DNA from: Candidatus Heimdallarchaeota archaeon
Lineage (GTDB): Archaea; Asgardarchaeota; Heimdallarchaeia; Heimdallarchaeales; Heimdallarchaeaceae
Direction: 5' to 3'
NCBI GenBank assembly: GCA_030668875.1
Contig: DAOVER010000024.1
Location: 12,428-44,427 of the forward strand
Length of the DNA stretch: 32,000 bases
Of this stretch, positions 8,554-17,043 are shown one piece after another (the stretch's first letter is position 1; each line of letters opens with the position of its first letter). The notes under the pieces are model-generated. The model was given only the letters and a program-made list of their open reading frames with translations. It made no database searches and was not told the origin of the DNA. The position numbers and the translations under genes were made by a program.

Positions 8554-9384
8554 CTACTTAAAGGTAGCTCTTGCAGATATTATATGTGGACTTACTCCTT
8601 TTTGGAATCGTACTATAACAACATTGTTTCTGGAAGAATTTTTACCATGAATGCGTGATATTGTACCAGTTAATTGCTTACCTGATTTAACATAATTTAT
8701 GCTTACCTTTCTTCCTAAATAACTGCTAATTGGCAATTCAATATCATGAAGATGTAAAATTACAGATCTATTAGTTGATTTACCTGATGCATCATGAAGC
8801 ACAGAATGGACAATTCCATATGTCTTAGACAAAGTAACTTTCTTCTTAGCTTTTGCTTTCTTTTTAGAAGTTTTAGATTTTATCTTTCGCATAGCTTTTG
8901 CTCTTTCAATATACTTTACAGTAGCTGGCGAAACACCTTTCTTCACGGCAATAGTTGCTTTGGGTTTGACTACAGGTTTCTTTGTTTCAGATTTTACTGC
9001 GGGTTTTTTAACAACGGTTTTCTTTGCTGGAGTTTTAGCGGCTAGTTCAGGTTTTTTAACAGATGGTCGCACGGATGTTTTCTCTACTTCTTTCTTCAAA
9101 GTGGGAGGTTTAGGTATTGTTGCTTTATCTACTGTTTTTACTTTGGATTTAACTTCAGTTTTCTTTGCGGGTGCTTTAGCAACAGGTTTTTTAGCTGGAG
9201 TTAATACTTCGTTTGCACCTAGAATCATTTTTTCAGCAGTTGATTTTCCTATACCAGGTAATTGTGATAACTCGTCTGCTGAAGCTTTGGCTAGTTTTTC
9301 AACTGTGTTGAAACCACAATCTACAAGAGTTTTAGCTGCTTTGGGTCCAATTCCTTTAATATTCTCTATTTCGTTAATTGCCAT
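8554..9384 (-). CDS. rpl35ae: fusion of a helix-hairpin-helix domain, a Lys/Pro/Ala-rich linker and a ribosomal protein eL33 (L35Ae)-like domain
   Basis: Two HhH motifs (KGIGPKAA, LPGIGKSTA) in aa 1-61. The C-terminal 90 aa (YLGRKVSINYVKSGKQLTGTISRIHG...VRFQKG) match the archaeal L35Ae pattern (LIGRxVxW.SPSGK...GKI.RVHG..G.VRARFEKG). Confidence 0.75.
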   Translation of the reverse strand: MAINEIENIKGIGPKAAKTLVDCGFNTVEKLAKASADELSQLPGIGKSTAEKMILGANEVLTPAKKPVAKAPAKKTEVKSKVKTVDKATIPKPPTLKKEVEKTSVRPSVKKPELAAKTPAKKTVVKKPAVKSETKKPVVKPKATIAVKKGVSPATVKYIERAKAMRKIKSKTSKKKAKAKKKVTLSKTYGIVHSVLHDASGKSTNRSVILHLHDIELPISSYLGRKVSINYVKSGKQLTGTISRIHGKNSSRNNVVIVRFQKGVSPHIISARATFK

Positions 9385-9547
9385 TATATAACCCTTCTGA
9401 ATGTCAAAATTGAGAAGATTCTTTTTAAAAATCTTTAGATTGTAATGTTTTTGTCTTTTGAATGTGTTTCAGAAAAATGTGAAAACTTTTATCTTGTAGA
9501 TTAATATATGTCTCAAGAGTAATTCGAATTTAAAGAAGTGATATTAC

Positions 9548-10180
9548 TTGTCAAAAAAGATAATATTGACCGGTTTCGAGCCTTTCGGAGGATCAAATGT
9601 TAATCCCTCAACATTAGCTTGTCAAGTTCTCGATAAGAAGACAATAGAAGGATATGAAGTAAAAGCAATTGAGATTCCATTGCGCTATAAAGAAATAAAG
9701 CAGACTATTGAGAGTATTTTGATTAAAGAAAAACCGGAAATACTGATATGTACTGGTCAATCCACAAGATCAGTTATTTCCTTAGAAAGGATTGCAATAA
9801 ATATAGCTAGTTTAGAAAAATCTGCATATGGTTGTGGGACAAAACCAAAGGATGAAATTTTAGAAACTAATGGTAGAGAAGGGTATTTCTCCACTTTACC
9901 AATCAGAAAAATCAAGGATTATCTAGAAGAAAATATGATACCATGTGAAATATCGAATTCTGCAGGCACTTTTGGATGTAATCAGATTTTCTACCATTTA
10001 ATGCACTTTATAAATAACAATGAGATTAACATTCCCGCTGGATTTATTCATGTTCCTTCACTCCCTGAGCAGGTTATTGGTAAAAATATCCCTTCAATGA
10101 CATTGGAATTGATAATCCAAGCTTTAAAAATGTCACTAATAACAATTATCAAGCATCTACATGAGGAGAGTGCAGAATGA
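9548..10180 (+). CDS. pcp: pyroglutamyl-peptidase I
   Basis: TGFEPFGG..NPS; catalytic Glu (LERIAIN), Cys (AGTFGCN) and His (GFIHVP); TTG start. Confidence 0.95.
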   Translation: MSKKIILTGFEPFGGSNVNPSTLACQVLDKKTIEGYEVKAIEIPLRYKEIKQTIESILIKEKPEILICTGQSTRSVISLERIAINIASLEKSAYGCGTKPKDEILETNGREGYFSTLPIRKIKDYLEENMIPCEISNSAGTFGCNQIFYHLMHFINNNEINIPAGFIHVPSLPEQVIGKNIPSMTLELIIQALKMSLITIIKHLHEESAE

Positions 10181-10620
10181 AGAAGTTTCAGTTCTTAGCC
10201 TTGAAATCAGAAGAATTTTTTGATATGATAGAGAAGATTTCCCGAGAAAGAGATTTATTAAAACAAAGAAAAAGAACTGATAATGTACTGAAAATAGTTT
10301 GTTTCATTGTTATTCCAGCATCTATTATCACATTCAATGTAAAAGAAGAAAATAATCACTTAACTGTTTCTAGATCAATCAGTTTTTTACCAGTATTGCT
10401 TTTATCCATACCTATTCTAGCAGCACTTGAAGCAATAGTTTATGGTATTTTATTTCTTATTGACTATTTCAGTAGCGTTACTTTCATTCTTGTTGAATAT
10501 TTCAGTAACGTTACTTTCATTCTTGTAGGTGGTTGGATTATGGCAGTTATGTTTCTAATCTACCAAACATATGTTGAAGTAGACGAAATAAACAAGAAAT
10601 TATACAGAGTCAAGGTATAG
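10177..10620 (+). CDS. hypothetical membrane protein (2 TM)
   Basis: ATGA overlap with pcp, two hydrophobic segments, and an in-frame 11-aa duplication. Confidence 0.75.
   Translation: MKKFQFLALKSEEFFDMIEKISRERDLLKQRKRTDNVLKIVCFIVIPASIITFNVKEENNHLTVSRSISFLPVLLLSIPILAALEAIVYGILFLIDYFSSVTFILVEYFSNVTFILVGGWIMAVMFLIYQTYVEVDEINKKLYRVKV
10460..10526 (+). repeat. 33-nt tandem duplication inside a CDS
   Basis: TATTTCAGTAGCGTTACTTTCATTCTTGT (10465-10493) and TATTTCAGTAACGTTACTTTCATTCTTGT (10498-10526) differ at one position; they encode YFSSVTFILV and YFSNVTFILV. Confidence 0.9.
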
Positions 10621-10624
10621 AACC

Positions 10625-11482
10625 ATGAAAATAGATCTACATTGCCATTCAAGTTATTCAGATGGAATATTTTCTCCTCAACAACTGCTAGAAATGGCAG
10701 ATAAGGAGAGACTCACCATTTTTTCTATAACAGATCATGATTCAGTTAAGGGAACCGCAATTGCAAATAGGGAGGCAGTAAACTATTCCTTTTCATACAT
10801 TACAGGAATTGAAATTTCCGCTAGATATAAACAAGAAAAAATAGAAATCCTTGGTTATAATTTTAACGCTGATAATCCAGCTTTTAAACAAAGTTTAGTG
10901 AAACTACAAAATGCTAGAAGGGACAGGATATACAAAATACTTGTAATACTTCAAGAAATTGGGATAAACATATCTTACGATGATGTTATCAAAGAAGTTG
11001 GTGATGCTTCTAGTCCTGGAAGACCACATTTTGCTAGAGCGCTGAAAACAAAAGGGCATGTGAGTTCTGTTAAAGAAGCTTTTAATGAATATCTAGCGGA
11101 GGGACGTCCAGCTTACGTACCTAGACTCACCATAGAACCAAAAGAAGCCATTAATCGAATTAGTAAGGCAAATGGGATAGCTGTTCTTCCCCACCCATTA
11201 TTCGTTGAGAAACATGATATGGGGAGAATGGAAAAATTGTTAGATCTGCTTGTTTCATGGGGGATGAAGGGAATTGAAGTGTATTATAATTATGAATATG
11301 CTTTCTCGAATTTTTCTGCAAAGAGAATTCAAGAAGTTACAAAGTTTCTTTTGGGTTATTGTAAGCAAAATGATTTATTGGTAACTGGTGGAAGTGATTT
11401 CCATGGTGATAAGGGGGTGCTTGGTGGAGTGTATGTGCCAAAAGAATATATTTTACAAATACAATCATTTTTCAATTTGTAG
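10625..11482 (+). CDS. PHP-family phosphoesterase (TrpH/YciV-like)
   Basis: DLHCHSSYSDG, TDHD, GIEIS, GRPHFA, LPHP, GIEV and GGSDFHG motifs. Confidence 0.93.
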   Translation: MKIDLHCHSSYSDGIFSPQQLLEMADKERLTIFSITDHDSVKGTAIANREAVNYSFSYITGIEISARYKQEKIEILGYNFNADNPAFKQSLVKLQNARRDRIYKILVILQEIGINISYDDVIKEVGDASSPGRPHFARALKTKGHVSSVKEAFNEYLAEGRPAYVPRLTIEPKEAINRISKANGIAVLPHPLFVEKHDMGRMEKLLDLLVSWGMKGIEVYYNYEYAFSNFSAKRIQEVTKFLLGYCKQNDLLVTGGSDFHGDKGVLGGVYVPKEYILQIQSFFNL

Positions 11483-12287
11483 AATCGAGAACTTTAATCA
11501 ATAATTCAGGATTGTCAGTAAAGATTCCATCAACTTTCCATGCTAATAAGGAAAGCATAATTTCCTTATCATTTATTGTCCAGGGATGCACTGCAATATT
11601 GTTTCGATGAGCCTTATTTATAGAACTGGCAGTTACAATTTTAATAGAAGAACGTGTCATAGGAACCTGTAATGCACAGTAATCCTTCTTTGAGAACATC
11701 CAAAAATTGGAAACAAAAGTTCGAACCTCTTTTGGATTTGCACTTGTTGGTATTTCAAGATGTTTGCTAATTTCTCTAAATCTAAGAATTTGTTTATTGT
11801 GGAATGAACCAACTAAAACTCTGTGTTCAGCTCCACTTTCCTTTATTGTTTCAAATATCATTGAGGAAGCTTTCTTAAAATCATCTTTGATATCCAGATT
11901 AATTTTCACCTTTGGAAATTTTTCAAATAATGTGTAAAGAGGTAAGATTTGCAACCCTCTATTTCTGAAGGGATAATCCTCTTTCTCTTTATTTAAGTAC
12001 CAATAGCCAAGATCAAATTCTATAAGCTCATCCAGATTAAAGTCTGAGATTCTTCCTTTGCCACTAGTAGTTCTATCTAAAGTTTCATCGTGAAATATAA
12101 CAGGAATGTTATCTTTAGTGATTCTAATATCTGTTTCCAAAACGTCAACGTTTAAGGCATAAGCCTCTTCAAACGCTAATAAGGAGCTTTCTGGTGTGAA
12201 AGCACTTCTTCCACGATGAGCCATTACCAGAGGTCGGTTACCTTTAATGAAAGGAATTTCTGATATCTTCCAAATGGGTTGAAACAT
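11472..12287 (-). CDS. glycerophosphodiester phosphodiesterase (GDPD family)
   Basis: AHRG, ETDIRITKD..PVIFHD, HPWTIN and VDGIFTD motifs; AGGTGA SD at 12292-12297. Confidence 0.93.
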   Translation of the reverse strand: MFQPIWKISEIPFIKGNRPLVMAHRGRSAFTPESSLLAFEEAYALNVDVLETDIRITKDNIPVIFHDETLDRTTSGKGRISDFNLDELIEFDLGYWYLNKEKEDYPFRNRGLQILPLYTLFEKFPKVKINLDIKDDFKKASSMIFETIKESGAEHRVLVGSFHNKQILRFREISKHLEIPTSANPKEVRTFVSNFWMFSKKDYCALQVPMTRSSIKIVTASSINKAHRNNIAVHPWTINDKEIMLSLLAWKVDGIFTDNPELLIKVLDSTN

Positions 12288-12302
12288 TATCTCACCTTTG
12301 CA

Positions 12303-13724
12303 TTATTTATTCAATCGATCCAGAATCTCATTCATTAACATAAGGAGTTTTTCCATTGTATTCTTACCGATGTCTATTGATTTTCCAGGTTCATGGAATA
12401 GAAGATTACGCTTAAACCTTATTTCATGTAAAAGAGTAACCTCATCTTTTGTTAACATTTTATTCTTTTCTAAAATGTCAATCAGTTTTAAGAAGTTAAT
12501 TTCATCGTCTTCAACATCTGTCTTTATACTTGACAATGAACGTCTAAAAATTGTTTCAAGACTTCTGTAGATTAGAAGAAAAGATAAGGTTTGTTCTTCA
12601 CTTCTGATTTTATCCCATTTTACAATTTTTTCTTTAATATAATCTATATCAGCTTTAATTGCTTGCTCTTCATCTGAAGTAAGAATTTGGCTTGATATTA
12701 AATGAGCTAATGGATCATACATGAATTGCTTTTCTATTTTCTCTTTTGTTGCTTTAGGAATATGAATTTCCTCTAAAACCTCTTTATATAACTTCCATGC
12801 AATAGATTTTGCCATTTCATCTCGAGAATACCAGGAAATTGTCTCAACAAGTTTTGTAAAAAGAAGCTGTTTCTTAGCTTCATCAATAATCCCAAAAAGC
12901 TCTCTTTGTGTTCTTCGCACAAATAGATTGCTGATTGGGAATTCAGCAATTGCTAATATTTGTAAAATTCTTTTTTCTCTTTCCTCCTCTGGTTCAAAAT
13001 AGATTATTGGAAGAACTCGAGGAATTAATGAACACAGGTTCCTTGAGGAAGCATACAAGAGATATAAGCTAAATCCTAGTAGAATTCCAAATACACTTGC
13101 AAAGATAATCACATTTGTTAGATTTGATATCTGATCAAGTTCAATGAAATCCAGTTTAATAATAGTAAATCTCATAATTATTACAAGAATAAAATTAAGT
13201 AAGAGTAAGCTTGATGATACGAAGCTAAAAAGAAATAAAGACTCATTATATGTTAGTAATTTTTCATTTCTTGTAGTGTGTGATCGATCTATGAAATTTT
13301 GACTATACTGACTTTGCGCTTCCTTGGTTAAGTCTGGTATTAAGTCATGTTTTATCTTTCTTTCCAAGAGCTCTTGTTCATCTTTTTTTAATTTTATCTC
13401 CATAGAAATAAGTGGGACTGCTTTCTCTTGAAATCTAAATTTTCTTGGTTTTAAGAAAATTTTGTCGTAATTCAAAGTAAGATTTCGAGTTATATGCTTC
13501 TTCACTCCACCTATTTGGAAAAGTAATCTTGGTGTTAACAAATATAGAAAAAGAATTGGGATAACTAAAAATGTATAGAAAAGAATTGCTGAAAACTGAA
13601 AATCACCTGTTCTAAGTCCAGTGTACACAATATAGACTAAAAGTTCTAGTAACAAAGGCAAAATTAATCCAAAACCCACTCTGATAAGTAGGGGAACTAT
13701 ACTTGAATTCGACCTAGTACTCAT
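12303..13724 (-). CDS. 4-TM membrane protein with a C-terminal HEPN (DUF4145-like) domain
   Basis: Two TM hairpins; C-terminal helical domain with YRSLETIFRR and EIRFKRNLLFH (R-x4-H at 12393-12410). The ORF track extends to TTG 13772; ATG 13724 is preferred. Confidence 0.7.
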   Translation of the reverse strand: MSTRSNSSIVPLLIRVGFGLILPLLLELLVYIVYTGLRTGDFQFSAILFYTFLVIPILFLYLLTPRLLFQIGGVKKHITRNLTLNYDKIFLKPRKFRFQEKAVPLISMEIKLKKDEQELLERKIKHDLIPDLTKEAQSQYSQNFIDRSHTTRNEKLLTYNESLFLFSFVSSSLLLLNFILVIIMRFTIIKLDFIELDQISNLTNVIIFASVFGILLGFSLYLLYASSRNLCSLIPRVLPIIYFEPEEEREKRILQILAIAEFPISNLFVRRTQRELFGIIDEAKKQLLFTKLVETISWYSRDEMAKSIAWKLYKEVLEEIHIPKATKEKIEKQFMYDPLAHLISSQILTSDEEQAIKADIDYIKEKIVKWDKIRSEEQTLSFLLIYRSLETIFRRSLSSIKTDVEDDEINFLKLIDILEKNKMLTKDEVTLLHEIRFKRNLLFHEPGKSIDIGKNTMEKLLMLMNEILDRLNK

Positions 13725-13799
13725 TATTATTAAAAACAGTTCTTCATTTAAATGTATGATGGTTAGAAGCAATTATCTTAAGATTTCTTCTATAATGTA

Positions 13800-14882
13800 T
13801 CAAGATTCTAAATTGTCTTGCAGTAATTGCTCTTTCAATAACTCTATTTCTTGTTCTATACGATTTATCTCAGTACATTCTCCTTGATTCAACTCTTTAA
13901 GATCATGTAAGCAGACTAATTGTAGCCTTTCAATTCCTTCAGCAGAATAGCTCTTCATTTCTTCCTTTAATGACATCTTTCCTAGTTCAAGCATTTTAGC
14001 AAGATTCCAATCAGGCGGATATCTATCAATTTTCTCTGCAATTTTACTGAAGAAAAATGGAGCTTGAAAAGCTAGTCCATAATGACCATTATCCAAAAAC
14101 TTCTGGCTCTGGGTTAGTAGTTGTCCTAACTTGAAGTGTGAAGAAATGGTTCTATTTTCTATAACGTCATCTTTCATCACATTGAGCAAAGCAATTAGTT
14201 TAACAATTTCTTGCACATCAATAGGGTTCTGAAAGAGAATAGGAGATATAATTTTCTTTCCTTTTAAGTTCTGACTCTTTCCAGAAGATGTGTTTTCACT
14301 GGAAATTTTTACAATTTTATCATTATCACTTATACGTAGAAAGGCAGTTTTATTTGAAATTCTAAATAACTCAATTAAATTCTTTCTTCCATTTAATCGT
14401 AGTAATTGTATTTTGAATCTATTTATCCATTTATCATAATAGAATAAATTAGATGTTATGTTACCTTTTTGACCCACAAATGTTGTTAAAGGATAATTAT
14501 AATAAATCAATAATTCGATTCTCCATGGCTCAATAAACAAATAAGTAGGAACAACTATTATCTTATCATTAATACATTGTTTTAGAGCCATTTCAAAAGC
14601 AATAATTTCGTTTTCACTAATATTCTGTTCTAGCTCCAGAACTTTGATAGGCAAGTCCAATTGGTTGATTTTGTCACAATCTATAATGTCATTTTTTGGG
14701 ACAGTTAAGATAATTTCACTTACGAATTTCTGTAAAAGATGAATCTTTTTGAAGATTAAAGCAATTGAATCTTCATCTACAGTATAACAAAATATGATAC
14801 CGGATATGCTAGTTCTATCTATCCTATGTTTAGAAATTTTCTCTTGTGCTTTTTCTAGTAGATTTCTTAACGAACTATGCAT
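13800..14882 (-). CDS. divergent MobA-like (nucleotidyltransferase/GT-A fold) protein with a helical C-terminal extension
   Basis: Follows mobB with a 1-nt gap. AFEMALKQCINDKIIVVPTYLFIEP resembles MobA G..xALxxxxxDxVxVxxCDxPFI, but the LAGGxxxR loop is absent. Confidence 0.5.
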   Translation of the reverse strand: MHSSLRNLLEKAQEKISKHRIDRTSISGIIFCYTVDEDSIALIFKKIHLLQKFVSEIILTVPKNDIIDCDKINQLDLPIKVLELEQNISENEIIAFEMALKQCINDKIIVVPTYLFIEPWRIELLIYYNYPLTTFVGQKGNITSNLFYYDKWINRFKIQLLRLNGRKNLIELFRISNKTAFLRISDNDKIVKISSENTSSGKSQNLKGKKIISPILFQNPIDVQEIVKLIALLNVMKDDVIENRTISSHFKLGQLLTQSQKFLDNGHYGLAFQAPFFFSKIAEKIDRYPPDWNLAKMLELGKMSLKEEMKSYSAEGIERLQLVCLHDLKELNQGECTEINRIEQEIELLKEQLLQDNLES

Positions 14883-14883
14883 A

Positions 14884-15423
14884 TCAATCCTCTGTTCTGT
14901 TATTTACAAAGTAGGAATAAATATCATCTGTATCGAATAGAACAACTGTAGAGAGGTTTTTTTCAAGTTTTTTTAAGTCCTCTGAATGGTTGTTGTATTT
15001 ATCCTTTTGACAATAAATTAGTTTGAGATTAGCAAGATTGAATAAAGTGATATTTTCCTTAAAATCTTCAGACCAAACAAGAATTTTATCATATTCCTCA
15101 TCTTTGTAACCTTCTACCAAAATTATGTCAGGATCACTCAATGACTGAATATTCTTTAAAAGTTCAAACAAAGGGGTTTTCTTATTTGTTGTAATTTGTG
15201 TTATATTTGAAAAAGAGACGGTGGAAGATATAGCTCCTTGTGTAAGAAATTTGTCAGAATCTTTATCAGAGGAGCTTATAGTATGACCCCTAGCAGATTT
15301 TATTGTTGCTACAGATAGATTTTGTTTTTCGAAAAGTTTTAACATATCAAGAATTAAGCTTGTTTTCCCAGAATTTGAAAGACCCACAACCTGTATAATT
15401 CTTGATTTCTTCATTTTATCCAT
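14884..15423 (-). CDS. mobB: molybdopterin-guanine dinucleotide biosynthesis protein B
   Basis: IIQVVGLSNSGKTS, VATIK, DKDSDKF...GA and DIILVEGYK motifs. Confidence 0.88.
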   Translation of the reverse strand: MDKMKKSRIIQVVGLSNSGKTSLILDMLKLFEKQNLSVATIKSARGHTISSSDKDSDKFLTQGAISSTVSFSNITQITTNKKTPLFELLKNIQSLSDPDIILVEGYKDEEYDKILVWSEDFKENITLFNLANLKLIYCQKDKYNNHSEDLKKLEKNLSTVVLFDTDDIYSYFVNNRTED

Positions 15424-15471
15424 ACTTTCATTTAACTTTTTAAGTATGATGTATTAATGAAATAATCTGTG

Positions 15472-15500
15472 AAAAAAATAGTTTTGAGGATTTAATCCTC
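15472..15500 (-). terminator. hairpin plus U7 tract terminator
   Basis: The minus strand after the TAA TAA stops reads GAGGAT-TAA-ATCCTC-AAAACTA-TTTTTTT. Confidence 0.5.
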
Positions 15501-15503
15501 TTA

Positions 15504-16910
15504 TTATTCCCTAATTAAGGTATTTGCACCATAGATAAGTTTCTTTGCTGAAGTTATCCCTATACCTCTTATTTTGCTTAATTCTTCAGGTTTAGAGTTT
15601 GCAAGCTGATCAATTGTTTCAACGCCACCATCTTTAAGCAACATAGCAATTTTTTCTCCAACTCCTGATATATCTACTATCCTCAGTTCAGCTTTCTTAT
15701 CTGTAAAAATTTCAGTTGAATCTATTGTTTCTTCTCCATCATCAATAATTTCTATTTCGAATGGTAGAGTTTTTTTTGCTTTAATTGAAGGTTTACTTAC
15801 AGACGGGAGTCTTCGAGTTTTCTTTCTTTTACTTCCTGGAGGTGCAGGGATTTTATCTATCTCAGGATCTATCTTCCTCACAGGATGAATAAAAGCTTCA
15901 GATTCATTTCTGATAAGTTCACTCGGCTTTCGAAGATGCTCAACTTCTTCAAATACAGTTTCCTTATCCTTAAGATAATCTGAAGGTTTTAACAGTCTCT
16001 CACTTTTAGGAGGAGTTAGCTTCTGTTCAACTATTTCTTTTTTCTTGGTTGGTTGTTGAACAAGTTTCTTAGTTTTTGTTTCTGTTTTTACTGTTTCAAT
16101 AGTTTTCTCATGTGAGAGTTCGCTTGGTTTAACTGTTGTATCAGCCACTGCATCGATTGTTTCTCGCTTTTTCAGATACTGTGTGGGTTTGAGTATGTCA
16201 ACAGATTCAACCTTTTTCTCTTTTTTGGGTGAAGGTTTTGTAACAATTGGATCACCCATAATTTTCTTTGGAGCTTTGGGTTTAATTGCTTCTGGCTCAA
16301 AAATTGTATCGCGTTTCTTAATAACATCACTTGGCTTAAGTAGAGTATTTACAAGAGGTGCTTCTGGTTCTTCTTCCTCTTCTTCTACTTTCACTGGAGG
16401 CATTATTGTTACACTAGGAGATATTATCTCGTCTTTTTTAAACAGTTCACTGGGTTTAACAATTTCTGAAGCTGGAGATACAAGACTTTCAACGTCAGTT
16501 GTCATTTCTCTTTTCTTTGAAACAGATTCAAGAGGTTCTTGTACAACTTTGGCTTCTCTAATATCCAAACCAGAAGAGTGCAATGAGGCACCTTTACCCA
16601 AGTTTCTTACTAGTTCAATAAGTTGATAGAAATTGATATTTGTAATACCTACATCTGAAAAATATTCTGCTAACCAGTTTGCAAAACGGTGGACATTTAC
16701 CTCAGATCCTAGCATTTTTTCCCAAAAATTCATTATTATCGTTGTAAGTTGATCAAATGAAGAATATTTATGAGTCTGTGTTATATGTTTACCATCATAT
16801 AAATCTAGAACACCTGTCATGTGCTCACTAAATACATTCTCATTTGGTTTGATGACGACACTATATCTATAACTTCCAATCAAACTTCTACGTTGTGGTC
16901 GCGATGACAT
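15504..16910 (-). CDS. protein with a globular N-domain, a long low-complexity region bearing six KPS(E/D) repeats, and a C-terminal helix-hairpin-helix domain
   Basis: HhH motifs ISGVGEKIA and IRGIGITSA; repeated (L/V)KPS(E/D)xx(K) motif in a Lys/Glu/Pro-rich region. Confidence 0.85.
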   Translation of the reverse strand: MSSRPQRRSLIGSYRYSVVIKPNENVFSEHMTGVLDLYDGKHITQTHKYSSFDQLTTIIMNFWEKMLGSEVNVHRFANWLAEYFSDVGITNINFYQLIELVRNLGKGASLHSSGLDIREAKVVQEPLESVSKKREMTTDVESLVSPASEIVKPSELFKKDEIISPSVTIMPPVKVEEEEEEPEAPLVNTLLKPSDVIKKRDTIFEPEAIKPKAPKKIMGDPIVTKPSPKKEKKVESVDILKPTQYLKKRETIDAVADTTVKPSELSHEKTIETVKTETKTKKLVQQPTKKKEIVEQKLTPPKSERLLKPSDYLKDKETVFEEVEHLRKPSELIRNESEAFIHPVRKIDPEIDKIPAPPGSKRKKTRRLPSVSKPSIKAKKTLPFEIEIIDDGEETIDSTEIFTDKKAELRIVDISGVGEKIAMLLKDGGVETIDQLANSKPEELSKIRGIGITSAKKLIYGANTLIRE

Positions 16911-16939
16911 TTTCTCACAAAATACATATGTTCAATCTC

Positions 16940-16956
16940 TTTATAATCCTTTTCTG
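16940..16956 (-). promoter_or_regulatory. putative BRE-TATA promoter for the 15504-16910 gene
   Basis: The minus strand reads CAGAAAAGGA-TTATAAA about 30 nt upstream of the ATG. Confidence 0.5.
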
Positions 16957-17043
16957 TTATGCAATCAAAACGATTTTTTCTGAATTTAATAGAGGTTTAA
17001 CAAATAAATATAAAGAAAAAGAAAGGAAAAAGGGAAAAATGGT

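Noticed and set aside
8794-9391. Plus-strand ORFs of 83 and 143 aa opposite the HhH-eL33 gene
   Set aside because: Antisense shadows of a Lys/Pro/Ala-rich low-complexity region; Phe/Gly/Thr-biased with no motifs.
11472-11482. Overlapping or abutting 3' ends of convergent genes (also 19554/19557 and 31392/31393)
   Set aside because: A common feature of compact archaeal genomes with no additional signal.
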